Shown here: positions 26,467 through 39,713 of the stretch, in pieces
How positions within the stretch are numbered: the first letter of the stretch is position 1
How the letters are laid out: each line of letters opens with the position of its first letter
DNA from: Octopus vulgaris
Taxonomy: Eukaryota
DNA: 64,000 nt
NCBI GenBank assembly: GCA_951406725.2
Contig: OX597816.1
Coordinates: 37,882,001-37,946,000 of the forward strand
Reading direction: 5' to 3'
Made by a program: the position numbers and the translations under genes
Notes under the pieces: generated by a model
The model's input: the letters and a program-made list of their open reading frames with translations, nothing else
The model's database searches: none
Told to the model about the DNA's origin: nothing

Positions 26467-27561
26467 TAAAAGTGTTTAGTTAACTAGAAATTGTGTTGAA
26501 AACTGCCATTCAAAAGGAAACGATCCAAATTTCAAAACATCACTGTAGTTACGAGTGTTGTGGTAGAAAGTCAAAATTGAAGAATTGGGGGTGGGGCGGT
26601 GAATTTAACGATGCCGATTTTTGGCAATTTTCCGGAACCTCCGTATCCGAAAACGGGGGTTTCAGGCCAAAAAAAAAAAAAAAAATTAAATTAACAAATT
26701 TGGGAGTAAATGGGGAAAGTCACGGAAGTCTTTCCAGTCTTTCATCAAAGGCTAGCTCATTCAAACCATTGATAACTATAGCGTATTTCTTTTTGTTATT
26801 CATGCCACAGAATGCAAAAATTATTTATATCAAATAAGAACGAAGCAGCCCTTTTCAATATTTTAATGGTTTATTACTTGAAAAAGCAGCTATTATCGAA
26901 TATACATATATAGAATGGTTATCACTTTATGGTTGGACGGGAAACGGAAAGGTTATTCATTTGGAAACAAAAATTCGGATATGAACTGAAGACATTGTGT
27001 GTAATAGGAAGGCAGCGAGGTGGCACAAACGGCAGCACGCCGAACAAAATGCGGACCTAAAGATCCCAAAATGCTTGGCGGCATTTCTTCTGGTTTTACG
27101 TACTGAGCAAAAATTCCGTCGAGATCGACTTTGCCTATTAGCTTTTCGGGGTCAAAGTAATGGACTAAACTCCTCCAGCAAAATTCCAGGCCTTGTACTT
27201 ATATTATTTGTTTCTTTATTACCCACAAGGGGCTAAACATAGAGGGGACGAACAAGGACAGACAAAATGAATTAAGTCGATTACATCGACTCCAGTGCGT
27301 AACTGGTACTTAATTTATCGACCCCGAAAGGATGAAAGGCAAAGTCGACCTCGGCGGAATTTGAACTCAGAACGTAGCGGCAGACGAAATACGGCTGCAC
27401 ATTTCGCCCGGCGTGCTAACGTTTCTGCCAGCTCGCTAGAAAGGGCAAGAACAAAGGGACATGAAATCTTTGGTTGTTACCAATGAAATCAGAATGGATA
27501 TTTAAACAAGGGAGCTAACCGCGATTAACCGGAAACAGTTACATGCTAGTTATTATCCAAG

Positions 27562-27663
27562 ATGGCTTCTGTGATGACTGGCGGTTTGTCTTATTCCAGC
27601 ATGAGCAATAAGATTTATAGCGACATGGGGATGGATTGGATGAACCAAGAACAGACCACAGGG
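27562..27663 (+). CDS. PSMB6: Proteasome subunit beta type-6 (beta1) exon 1, propeptide
   Basis: ATG in caagATGG context; MASVMTGGLSYSSMSNKIYSDMGMDWMNQEQTTG followed by GTaagt; the DW...TTG end resembles beta1 propeptides. Confidence 0.9.
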
Positions 27664-28353
27664 GTAAGTGATGCCATTATCATCTAGAACATATACAGAT
27701 TCTTTTAGATCTTTATTTAAATCTATAGCTATGACTAATCTTCATTGATTCCTTTATCAACATCACATAAGAGCTGTTTAATAATAATAATAATAATAAT
27801 TTTCTTGCATCTTCTTCTCTCTCATCTCTTTCTGCATCAGCTCCCTTTCGACTTTTTCCTGATCCCACTTGGCTTAACGCTGAGCCCTGTCATGTCACAA
27901 AACAGGATTTGAAATTATCATCATCATAATTTGGACACAAGAAAGATTTGTTTTAATGAACAAAATTAAACTATAATTTCATTTATTCATGTTTTTTTTT
28001 TAATAATAATAATGAAATTATTGTATACAGTGCTCAGGTGCACCACAACTTGTCAGAAAGTGCATATAAAGTGTATGCAGTAATGTAGAAATGTTTGGAA
28101 AGTGAACAGAGTATGAGGCAGATACATGCCTGTGTGTGTATGGAGGGGAGAAAATCAAGTGTAGTGTTTGCCTACGGTCAATTCATTAGCTATCTATAAT
28201 GTAATCAACTGATGTCTGTTTCCTGATTTTCATTTTTCTCTAATGAATAACTTTATTTTTCTTATTTATTCTTTTACTAAGAGATTACCGATACCTTGGT
28301 AATCTCGACAATAGCTTTTTTTGTAAGTAATAGACACCTAATTTATAGAAATA

Positions 28354-28738
28354 CTAGCAGTATCGCTCGGCGTTGCTCGGGTTTTTAAGGGAAATAACTA
28401 TATTAGCATTTTTAGAGAGTTATAACCAAAAGGTAGCAAAAAAATGCATTAAAAATGGAAAAAAAATGATGGTAATTTTTTTAAAAATCGTTGACTCATC
28501 GTAGACATTTTTAGAGAGTTACTTCCCTTATATAATAGCGAAAAAATGCATTGAAATGGAATAAAATGTTAAATTATTTTAAAAATCGTAGACTCATCGT
28601 AGACGCGCGCTAATACCCAGAAGGGCTCGATATGAATCACGACTATAAGATACCCGGTTTTGGTTAAACTGCACCGCAAAATGTGGGAGTAGTTAGGAAT
28701 CTAAATCGTAGGAGACAGACATACAACTTCTCTTTTAT
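28354..28738 (-). mobile_element. Non-autonomous Helitron (same family) in PSMB6 intron 1; 5' end lost next to a (CAT)n SINE tail
   Basis: Near-identical to 5573-5970. Confidence 0.8.
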
Positions 28739-28865
28739 CATCATCATCATCGTTTAACGTCCGCTTTCCGTTTTTTTTTACTTATGTAATTTTAGTTTTT
28801 CTATTTTCTAAACATTGGTTTGATCTGGAGGAAGCAGTGCTCATGGCCTTTACGTATCCTCTTAA

Positions 28866-29086
28866 CCCTTTAGTGTTTGCATTATTCTGCCAAAATTAAT
28901 GCCTTTTCATCCACATTGTTTTGAACCAATCATGCATTATCTTGTAGCTATGAGATTTTGATGAGGTAGCTGTTAATTTTTCAAACGATATTGTAGGGTT
29001 GGTGTGAGAGACCAGATCTGACCAGTTTGAACATAAAACAGGCAGAATACTTTTAGCTGGATATGGCCGGTTTAAATGCTAAAGAG
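28866..29086. mobile_element. piggyBac-type MITE
   Basis: TTAA target duplication, CCCTTTAG termini, homologous to 4381-4597. Confidence 0.8.
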
Positions 29087-29490
29087 TTAAATCAGTGAGA
29101 TTGATCCTGTTCCTTTTGTGTTCGCTCGTTCTCTTACAAATGACAGTACCGTCTCATTCAAATCGCACCCTACCGTCTTAACATAAGGTTACTCTGGGCA
29201 GTTGTGAACCTAGATATTTTGTGTTTGAAAAACAAAAATAGATGGTTTGATTTGCTCGATCAAGTTGTTGAAACTAAGCAATAACATAGTCAAGGAGGGA
29301 ATTTCTAAGAGACAACTGAGTGAATGATTTTATATCTGAGGGTGTTTGACGGAACAACTTCATTCCAGTCAGTTGGGTGGGCATGTTTTGAATGGTGCCT
29401 AGGCTGCCTGTGTGTATAGCAGCAGCACTGATTGTTTTAGATACGAGTCTCAATTGAACTTTGTGGAGGATTAGTAGATGTCGAAGGCTG

Positions 29491-29764
29491 GGTACTACTA
29501 GCGAACAGTGGTCCCGGTGCGCGCACTCGCGCTTCCGCGCTAGCTAGTCGTTACTAGTCGATCCTACAACGACTACGTAGAAAAGTAAATAAAACAAAAT
29601 AAATAATTTTTCTTAAACAACGTAAAACACAAAGTAAATAATTTTTTAAACAAAGTAAATAAAACACAAAAACACAAAGTAAGGATACACTAGTCATGAC
29701 TAGCTAGCGCGGATGATCGAGTACGCGTGTGCGCGCACCGGGACCACTGTTCGCTAGTAGTACC
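29491..29764. mobile_element. Palindromic MITE, Merlin-like
   Basis: GGTACTACTAGCGAACAGTGGTCCCGGTGCGCGCAC perfect TIR; 8-bp flanks gaaggctg/gaaagctg. Confidence 0.7.
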
Positions 29765-30365
29765 GAAAGCTGAAATACTTCTTCATACAACATTTGTTAG
29801 TTTATGTGTCTTGGTCAGAGAGATCCTCAGTGATGGTGAGGTCTTCTATCTGTAAGGAAGGGGTTACGGTTTTAGGGCCAGTGTTGCGGAAAAAAAGTCA
29901 AAATTGAAGAAGTTCTGGGAGAGGGGAGGAGAATTTTCACTGCCGATTTTCGGCAATTTTCCGGAACCTCCGGCAAAAAAAAGATTGGTGATAGAAAGAG
30001 CATCGAACCCTAGAAACCATAGCAAAACTGACACTGGAGTTCAGCATAACCTACTGCTTGTCAGATGCTATCAAATCATCCAACCCATGCCAACATGGAA
30101 AATAGATTTTAAATGATGATGATTTCTAACAAACTGTCCTTCACTGTTACATTTCCACTACTTTAACAGTCCTTCACTGTTACATTTCCACTACTTTAAC
30201 AAGCTGTTGTTTCTTGTTATATTTTTAATTATCATGAAAATAGTAAATGCTGCCTGAAATATTCATATTAATGTAGAATAATTTTTTTTAAGTGTAGTAT
30301 TGCATATAACTTCCACATAACTTATTGGGAAAAAAAAATGATCCCAAACTTTTTCAAGTTGTTAA

Positions 30366-30649
30366 CCCTTTCTTTACCAACCCGACCGAAACTAGCTCTG
30401 GTTCTGAGTACAAATGTCTTGTTTTCATAAGTTTTAAATTAAAACCTTCCACCAAAGCTTAGTCACAATTTATGTTCCTAACACTAGCTGAATGATAACT
30501 AAGTTATTTTACTAAATTCTTTGTTATATTTAAAGTAATTGAAAGAAACACAGAGCATCTCAAAATAAATACAGTAATGGCGGTGCCCCGGCATAGCCAC
30601 AGCTTGTGAGCTGAAACTAGATAAAAAAAAAAAAAAAAAAATGAAAGGG
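30366..30649. mobile_element. Second piggyBac-type MITE family, with a short poly(A)-tailed SINE 3' end inserted near its right end; related copy at about 32933-33134
   Basis: TTAA|CCCTTTC...GAAAGGG|TTAA. Confidence 0.7.
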
Positions 30650-30732
30650 TTAATCAGGCAATTCAGTTGCATATTTAAATTCAGTGCCCAAGCAGAAAGT
30701 AGAACTTAATATTTTATAAATATTTCTTCCAG

Positions 30733-30800
30733 ACTACAATTGCTGCAGTTGAATTTAATGGTGGTGTAGTCATTGGGGCTGATTCAAGATCAACAGCAGG
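30733..30800 (+). CDS. PSMB6: PSMB6 exon 2 (catalytic Thr1)
   Basis: ccAG/GTaatt; TTIAAVEFNGGVVIGADSRSTAG. Confidence 0.96.
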
Positions 30801-30918
30801 GTAATTCATTATTTGTATTCATCTATTTCTAAATTTGTTTTCTTAAATATTTCCCTCCTTTTTTCTTTTTTTTTTATTCTAATAAAATGACCCTAATTCT
30901 ACTTACTTTGTATTTCAG

Positions 30919-31050
30919 AGTTTACATAGCAAATCGAGTAACTGATAAGTTGACAAAGATGACTGATTACATTTACTGTTGCCGATCTGGATCATCAGCT
31001 GATACACAAGCTGTTGCAGATATTGTCCACTACCACCTTAACTTTTACAG
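30919..31050 (+). CDS. PSMB6: PSMB6 exon 3
   Basis: tcAG/GTaagt; [43 protein letters not shown] includes Lys33 and the beta1-type Arg45. Confidence 0.96.
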
Positions 31051-34000
31051 GTAAGTGATTGTCTTATAATATTGTCATTGAGGAACAAGGACAGTGTTCG
31101 TAGCTACTGTTGGTGGTGAATGTAAACTGTAATTAGTGCAGTTAATATAAAGCTTAAATTGTTTGAGGTTGGAGTTTAATGGGAATAAGATAAGAACAGA
31201 CTTCAATAGACTTACTGTCTTAAATAGTGTAGAGTTTGGTGAGTGAGAAACAAAATAATACAAATAGGAGTTTGAAAGGTGCGATAAAGGAAGCTCAGTA
31301 CATGATATAATATTTACCAACGAGGCAGGTAGATCAAACAGAACAATGGTGGATGGTCATAATTAAAAAAAATTGGCTTTTTTTATAATGTAACTTACCC
31401 TCCCTTTCACTGGTTGTTTACCACTCACAGCATTCCACTCCCCTCTACCTCCCACTCTCCTTTTGCTCTCATGTGAACCTCCTGCCCATTTACCTTGTCC
31501 AGTCCTCTACCACTTCACTTAAATATTTACCTTTCTGTACCATGTGGGTACCCTACTACATATTCACCTTCCTGTACCTTAAGGATACCCCACTACACAT
31601 CTTCACTGTCATCTCTCTCTCATCTCTCCTCTCCTTTCTGACTGGGGCAACTATGTTACTCTCCAACAATACACCTTCCTCAATACCCGTCTGAGTTGAG
31701 GGCTCTTTTACTTGCAAGTTCTTGGTGACCTTGCGAGTGGTGGTGCCATGTAAAATGCCCTCTGTACACTTTGTAAAGTGGTTGGTATTAGGAAGGGCAT
31801 CCAGCCATAGAAACCATGTCGAAGCAGACAGTAGAGCTTGGCACAGTCCTCTGGCTTCCAGTTCCTGTCAAATCGTCCAACTTATGCCAACATGGAAAAT
31901 GGATGTTAAATGGTGATGATGATGATGATGATAGTCATTTTTTCTAGTAATTGAAGGAGATGCATTAATTACTCCAGATTAGAAGAGTAGAAGCCCGCAG
32001 TGAAGAGTATTTGGCCCATGGAAAAGCTTTTTGTGGGGGGGTCATAGCTTTGAAGACAATATCCAATCTATGTCTGGATGTGTAATTTCTGAGAAGCTAA
32101 TGAGTTGGCTTCATCCAAAACTCTAATGAGGATTATATACCTTGAAAACTGATCTTGACAAATTTAGAAAAGGAATTATTGCTATATTCTTTATTCTTTT
32201 CCTTGTTTCAGTCATTTGACTGTGGCCAAGCTGGAGCACTTCCTTAGAGGGTTTTAGTCGAAGAAATTGATCCCAGAACTTATTCTTTGTAAGCCTAGTA
32301 ATTAGTAGAAGATACTTACCAAGGTGCCATGCAGTGGGACTGAACCTGGAACCATGTGGTTGGGAAAGCCATCTTCTTACCACACAGCCATACCTGCACC
32401 TATGTATATCAGGAAAATTTCTGGTATGGCATAAGACAAGCATGTTCGACCTTTTTTGAATAAGTAGGCTGCATGAGAGATGGCTCATTATCTGGTGGGC
32501 TGCATTGCTAAAACAAATCAAGGTAATATTTTGTTAAGTGTGCCACAGGTTGCTCATGACTGACAAATGAAGTTGAAGTATTCAATTATAGTAATTAAAG
32601 ATGTCTTCAATGATGAAGGATAACAATAAGTTAAATTTAGTTTCATCATCATCATCATCGTTTAACGTCCATTGTCCATGCTAGCATGGGTTGGACGGTT
32701 CGACCGGGGATCTGGGAAGCCAGAAGGCTGCACCAGGCTCCAGTCTTATCTGGCCATGTTTCTACAGCTGGATGCCCTTCCTAATGCCAACCACTCCGTG
32801 AGTGTAGTGGGTGCTTTTTTTGATGGTTAATAAATAACATATCTTTTGCCATCTGTGATTGAAATGTGGTTATTGCTGTTGACCAACATTTTTTTTATTA
32901 TAATCAATTTTTTTGTATAATTAATTAATTAACCCTTTTGATACCAACCTGCCTGACACTGCCCCTGAGCCTTTGATACAAACTTTCTGTTGTAAAATGA
33001 TTTCAATTAAAATTTTCCATCAAAACTGCATGTTAATTCACTTCCCAAACACATGCTTAACAATTACAGAATTTTAATAAATTCTTCATTATTGTAAGAA
33101 TAAAGTGAAACAAAGGCAGCACATCGCAAAAGGGTTGTCTTAAATCTGTGAACGGGGGTATTTTAGAGCAGGACTCTTGAGTCAATGTTTGTTGGGAGGA
33201 GATATTGAGACAGATGAGGTCTCTTTTCTAAGGAGCGGAGGCTGATAATAAGAGTAAAAAAGCAAAAAATATATTTTAGGGTCTTCAGCACTAAGAAATA
33301 ATGTTTAAAAAGTTAGTCTTTTCTGCTGTTAGTATAGCTTAAGAAATTCTTAGTTGTGTTATGTTATATTTTGTGAAATTGGGTTAATGAGCTCTGATTA
33401 AAATGAAATTATGTTCAGTGAGGAGTGATTGAAGTACTCTATGACCCAATCTATTAGAAATAACTTCTCACTAATGAATGTACAGGGTTGATCACAACAC
33501 ATTGCTTAATTTTACTTTATTTCATAACTTCACTACAACATGTAGCTTGGGTTCAGTCCTACTACTTGGTACCTTAGGCAAGTGTCTTCTACTATAGCCT
33601 ATGTATTTCATCATCATCGTTTAACGTCCGTTTTCCGTGCTAGCACGGGTTGGACGGTTCGACCGGGGTCTGGGGAGCCAGAAGGCTGCACTAGGCTCCA
33701 GTCTGATCTGGCAGTGTTTCTACAGCTGGATGCCCTTCCTAACGCCAACCACTCCGCGAGTGTAGTGGGTGCTTTTTACGTGCCACCTGCACAGGTGTCA
33801 GAGGGGTCTGGCATCAGCCACGTTCGGATGGTGCTTTTATGTGCCACCGGCACAGAGGCCATTCGAGGCAGGGTTGGCATCGGTCACGTTCGGATGGTGC
33901 TTTTTATGTGCCACCGGCACAGAAGCCAGTGGAGGCTGCACTGGCAACGGCCACGTTCGGATGGTGCTTTTTATGTGTCACTAGTGTGTGTCTGTGTCTT

Positions 34001-34367
34001 GTGTTTGTCTCCTATCACTGCTTGACATTGGTGGTGGTTTGTTAACGTCCTTGTAACTTAGCAATTTGGCAACAGTGACCTGTATAATAAGTACCAGACT
34101 TAAAAAATAAATACTGGTGTCGATTTGCTTGACAAAATCCTTCAAGGCAGTGCCCCAGGATGGCTGCAGTTCAGTATCTAAAACAAGTAAAAGACAAAAG
34201 ATAACTAGAAGAAATTGTTCTCATTTGCCATGATTATTAAAAATCTAGTTTAAAAATTTGTTGTATGTTACTTCAAGTATTCACACATTATATCTTTCTA
34301 TTTACATCAGTGTTGATAATTGGATTGCTGAAATAATCTGTAACACATTTTCTTTTTTCTTTTCCAG

Positions 34368-34497
34368 AATGGAAATGGGTGAAGAGCCTCGAGTCAATGT
34401 TGCTGCTAATATATTCAAAGATCTTTGTTACAATTATAGAGACAGCATTACAGCTGGTATTATAGTAGCCGGATGGGATGAACAGATGGGAGGTCAG
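34368..34497 (+). CDS. PSMB6: PSMB6 exon 4
   Basis: ccAG/GTatgt; MEMGEEPRVNVAANIFKDLCYNYRDSITAGIIVAGWDEQMGGQ. Confidence 0.96.
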
Positions 34498-35499
34498 GTA
34501 TGTCTTCAAATCATATATGTACACTAAACATGATCTGTATGGTTAAGAAGATTACTTCAGAAGCACAGGATTTTAGAGTTTGTTCCTATTGTGTAGCAGT
34601 GGCAGCTGGTGCTGTGAATTGACCAATGTTTTGGGATTTCATTGATCGGTGGAAACAGTAAAAAGCCCATCATGTTTTGATAATATATAAGTATGTATGT
34701 ATCATCATAATCATCATCGTTTAACGTCCGTTTTCCATGCTGGCAAGAGTTGGACGGTTTGACTGGGGTCTGGGAAGCCAGGAGGCTGCACCAGGTCCCA
34801 ATCTGATCTGGCAGCATTACTACAGCTTGGTGCCCTTCTTAACGCCAACCACTCCGAGAGTGTAGTGGGTGCTTTTTTCGTATGTAGATATTTACTTATG
34901 CATGTATGGATCTATCTATCTATCTGTCTATCTATCTATCTATCTGTCTATTTGTCTCTTTTTATAACTGTATACATTTGTGTGAATGTATGTGTATATA
35001 TATATGTTTGTGTACAGGCACACACATGGCTTTCTAGGTGCAGGCTTGGCTGTGTGGTAAGAAGCTTGCTTCCCAACCACATTGTTCCAGGTTCAGTCCC
35101 ACTGTGTGGCACTTGGGCAAATGTCTCCTACTATATCCTCATTCGAGGCACAGTTCTTGTGGTCAAATTCTTCCCTAGAACTCAAGTCAATTTGAGTTGA
35201 AGCCTTCAACTGAAACTGCAGCAAAGAACTCGTGTTGGAACAAGAAAAACAAGGAATTTCTTACTTTTCTTGTGTCGGCTTGATAGGAAGAATGTGAAAG
35301 TGGTTAAAATTCAGGAACATAAAGTTTTCTTTATTTTCATTTGCTATACTTGTTTTTCCCTTTGATTTTCTGCAACTTCCTAACATTTGATATTACTTCA
35401 CTGATGTTTTCCTCTATGATGGTAAATGTCCCAAATAACAATTTATGTTTTCAGTGATATCATTTAAGTCCTATTATTTCTTGTTCATTCTTTTTCCAG

Positions 35500-35644
35500 G
35501 TTTACACTATCCCGCTGGGTGGTATGATCAATCGTATGCCGTGTGCCATTTCTGGTTCTGGAAGTGTCTATATTTACAGTTATGTTGACTCCAACTTCAA
35601 ACCTAACATGACTAAAGAAGAATGCTTGAAGTTTACAGCTAATT
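35500..35644 (+). CDS. PSMB6: PSMB6 exon 5
   Basis: ccAG/GTaaat; [48 protein letters not shown] (GSG motif). Confidence 0.96.
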
Positions 35645-36724
35645 GTAAATATATTTTGTCTTTCTACTTCAATATAAGCGATTTAAACATTCATAAGTTT
35701 GCATATTCTAGTAATAAGTGACCATCTCTGCTTTTGTTTTTACATTACACTCTTTCTCCTTACTGGAATGTGTAGGATGGTTTTGAATACGAAGATTTTT
35801 ACATGTTATTGGTATGTTATTTTATGCATAGGATTCTTCCTACAGCTACTTGACTAGAAGTTATTAATATTTAGTTTCACGTTAGTCCTGACCAAGCAGT
35901 ATATGATCAGAGGCATTCTGGTTATGATCACCTCATACTTTCTCTCAGCATAGCATATTGAGGACTACACGATCCAAATGTGTTCTTCCCATTTCAAGAG
36001 AGGAGAGTGTGATATCAGGGAGATTTGGTTGAAATTTCTCATTGGTCTAGCTACCACAAGGAGGTTCTCTCCACATCACTAGGAAGTAGAAGTATAACCT
36101 GTTTATCAGCCAGTCAAATTGAGCCCAGCAGAGTTAAGTACCTTCCTCATAATTGCAACTCATTGGAAAATTTTGGACAAAGGTTTTTTAATTGTATGAG
36201 TTAATTATTTGATTTTGATATGATGGTAGTTGACTGGATAAAGCAGAATAATGTGCTTTAACACAATTTATATAACTTGTCTTGTATTGGTTCCTCAACA
36301 TCAGAGGGAGTCATGGAAGTACTTATGTAATAGGGTGTGTTTTGGGTACTTTTAGACATGACAGAGTTGATTACAGCTGATTTCTTCCAGGTAAAAAGAA
36401 AGAGATGGAGAAGAAGTGACCCTTACACAGGGCTGGTATGTCATTTATCAATCTAAAAAAAAACGAAAAGTAAAGCTGACTTTGGTGGTATTTGAACTCA
36501 AAGCAATTGTTTATTGATTCTGTTAGTTTCCCACCTACAGTTTATATAACAAGATAGCAAAGACTGAAATTGAGATTATAATCAACTTTTCAATATTGAA
36601 ATATCACAACTGCTGTCTTAGACATTTATTTTTATTTCCACCTTCCTTTCTATTATTTCATTTTCTCTCACCATCTCTGCTATTAAAACAAATTATCATT
36701 ATCACTAATTATCTTCATTTGCAG

Positions 36725-36852
36725 GTATTTCCTTAGCAATGACCAGAGATGGTAGCAGTGGTGGAGTTATTCGTCTTGCTGCCATTACTAAGAATGGTGT
36801 GGACAGAGTAAATCTGATTGGTGATGAAATACCAAAGTTTAATGATTCTTAA
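36725..36852 (+). CDS. PSMB6: PSMB6 exon 6 (last coding exon)
   Basis: gcAG acceptor; [41 protein letters not shown]-stop; the six exons sum to 705 nt, an intact 234-aa ORF. Confidence 0.96.
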
Positions 36853-36856
36853 GTAA

Positions 36857-36922
36857 AATAAATATATCCTAACTTTTCATTTTCCTAATCTATCATAATC
36901 ATTTCTTTTTTGTTACAATAAA
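36857..36922 (+). terminator. Candidate PSMB6 polyadenylation signals
   Basis: AATAAA at 36857 and 36917; the second is followed by a GT/T-rich tract (gatgtttttgtct). Confidence 0.55.
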
Positions 36923-38295
36923 GAAAATAGAATGCAAGATGTTTTTGTCTAATGTTTTACACCTTCATCCTTGTGGTAATCATCAATCATCTTCATTTAA
37001 TGTAGGCATTCCATACTGGCTTGAGTTGGACAGTTTGACAGGGTCTGATATGCTTAAGGACTGCATTGTGCCGGTGGCACATAAAAAGCACCATCCGAAC
37101 GTGGCCGATGCCAGCCCCGCCTCGACTGGCTTCTGTGCCGGTGGCACATAAAAAGCACCATCTGAACGTGGCCGATGCCAGCACCGCCTTGACTGGCTTC
37201 TGTGCCGGTGGCACATAAAAAGCACCAACCGATCGTGGCCGGTGCCAGACCCCTCTGGCACCTGTGCAGGTGGCACGTAAAAAGCACCCACTACACTCGC
37301 GGAGTGGTTGGCGTTAGGAAGGGCATCCAGCTGTAGAAACACTGCCAGATCAGACTGGAGCCTGGTGCAACCCCTGGCTTCCCAGACCCCGGTCGAACCG
37401 TCCAACCCGTGCTAGCGCAGAAAACGGATGTTAAACGATGATGATGATGATGATTGTACTCCAGGGACTGCTTTAGCATGATTTCTATGACTGGATGCCC
37501 TTCCTAATGCTAACCACTTTACAGTATATACTGTGGTAATCATCTTCACCATCATCATAAGTTTAACATCCACTTTTCCATGATTGCATAGTTCTGATGG
37601 AGTTTGTTGAGGCAGATGTTCTACAGCTGGGTGCTCTTCCTGTTGCCAACCATCACCTGATTCCAAGGAAGGTAATATTTCCCCATGACCAGATGTATTT
37701 ACACAGAACATTGGAAATAAATGACATTCATTTACAACATTATCCGATGTCAAGACAAGAAGACACACGTACATATATATGCATTATATTGGTGCAGGAA
37801 TGGCTGTGTGGTAAGAAGCTTGCTTCCCAACCACATAGTTCTGGGTTCGGTCCCACCGCATGGCACCTTGGGCAAGTGTCTTCTACTATAGCCTTGGGCT
37901 GACCAAAGCCTAGTGAGTGGATTTGGTAGACGGAAACTGAAAGAAGCCGGTCGTATATATATATATATGTATGTGTTTGTGTGTCTATTTGTACCCTCTA
38001 CTACCGCTTGACGACCGATGCTGGTGTGTTTACGTCCCCGTAACTTAGCAGTTTTCTATATATATATATATATATATATTCAACAATAATTGAGGAACGA
38101 CCACAATAGGCCGTTCGACCCACTAGAAAGAGCAGCCAGGGCTCCAACCGCAAATAGTAGTAATAGTCTCTGACTATTTCCTCTTTCTCACTAGACCGCT
38201 GGTGGCAAAATAATTTCTACCGAACTTTTTGCTACCCCAAATTGATTAATTGAAAATATATATATATATATAAAACAAAAAACTAAATTCTGGAC

Positions 38296-38356
38296 ATAGA
38301 GTGACCAATGGTTTCCACGAAAACTGCAGCTTCGTGGACAGCTCTTCAGACTCTAT
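38296..38356 (-). ncRNA. Type I hammerhead ribozyme in the 3' pseudo-LTR
   Basis: atagagt-CTGAAGA-gctgtccacgaagctgcagttttcgtg-GAAA-ccattgg-TC-actctat; perfect 7-bp stem I; apparent small deletion at the base of stem II. Confidence 0.8.
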
Positions 38357-39140
38357 ACAAAGACAAATTTAACTTACCACCTCGTGGACGTGAGGGAACG
38401 CTAGGATAACGGTCCAGCAGCTGATTTAAAAAAACATTATTGAGGACAGGTTATCTCCCCTGGACCAGAGGATAAAGAGAAGCTGTAATCAAAATCTTTA
38501 CAGTCTCATATTAGCCTAACCAGCAAATGGGGGAGATCCAATTTTCCGGTAGGTAGCGCTTGAAATGAATACATTTTGAGAAACTTTCGTTATGATTATA
38601 TAACACATCAAGCTTCGTATAGTTCTTAAGAATTTCGGTTCTCTCTGTGATGCAGATTTTGCAACGGCCACTCCAATTAATATATGGGCCTGGATGTTCT
38701 ATGATCTTCCACTTGATATCTTATGGGGGCGACGTTTCTTGATCTTCGAGGTGTCACACATGGCTGGCCAGGGACGTGACAAAATGTCTTTCTGGGACTC
38801 TGAAAGATGACTTGTTGTTTGAAAGATGTGCTGGCTGATCCGATATATTTACAAGCTTGGCGGGTGGCTATATTCACACTCCTGCTGTATCTCTGGTAGG
38901 CTCTGGGTCTGGGTCTGTTGTTGGTATCACTGGCGTTGTTGGTGTTATGGTGCAATGATCCGATAGTGTTGGTACATCTGTTATCTCTGCAGTTGTTATC
39001 GCCATGGTTTTCTTCTCTGATCATATGGTTGGCATTAATGCTGCTAGCTGTAGTGTGGGTGCAGCTGGTGGTAACATGGTGTGAGGCCAGTCACTCCATT
39101 GGTCTTGATGATAATGGTTTGGTCACCATCTGGGGTCGTT

Positions 39141-39713
39141 AGGGTGGCGAGCTGGCAGAAACGTTAGCACGCCGGGCGAAATGTGTAGCCGTATTTCGTC
39201 TGCCGTTACGTTCTGAGTTCAAATTCCGTCGAGGTCGACTTTGCCTTTCATCCTTTCGGGGTCGATATAATCGACTTAATCCGTTTGTCTGTCCTTGTTT
39301 GTCCTCTCTGTGTTTAGCCCCTTGTGGGTAGTAAAGAAATAGGTATTTCGTCCGTTGTTATGTTTTGAGTTCAAATTCCGCCGAGGTAGACTTTGCCTTT
39401 CATCCTTTCGGGGTCGATTAAATAAGTATCAGTTACGCACTGGGGTCAATATAATCAACTTAATCTGTTTGTCTGCCCTTGTTTGTCCTCTCTGTGTTTA
39501 GCCCCTTGTGGGTAGTAAAGAAATAGGTATTTCGTCCGTCGTTACGTTTTGAGTTCAAATTCCGCCGAGGTCGACTTTGTCTTTCATCCTTTTGGGGTCG
39601 ATTAAATAAGTACCTGTTATGCACTGGGGTCGATATAATCGACTTACTCCGTCTGTCTGTCCTTGTTTGTCCTCTCTGTGTTTAGCCCCTTGTGGGTAGT
39701 AAAGAAATAGGTA
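39141..39713 (+). mobile_element. Head-to-tail trimer of SINE family B inside the Penelope element
   Basis: One full and two 5'-truncated units bracketed by a single 11-bp duplication ctggggtcgtt. Confidence 0.9.
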
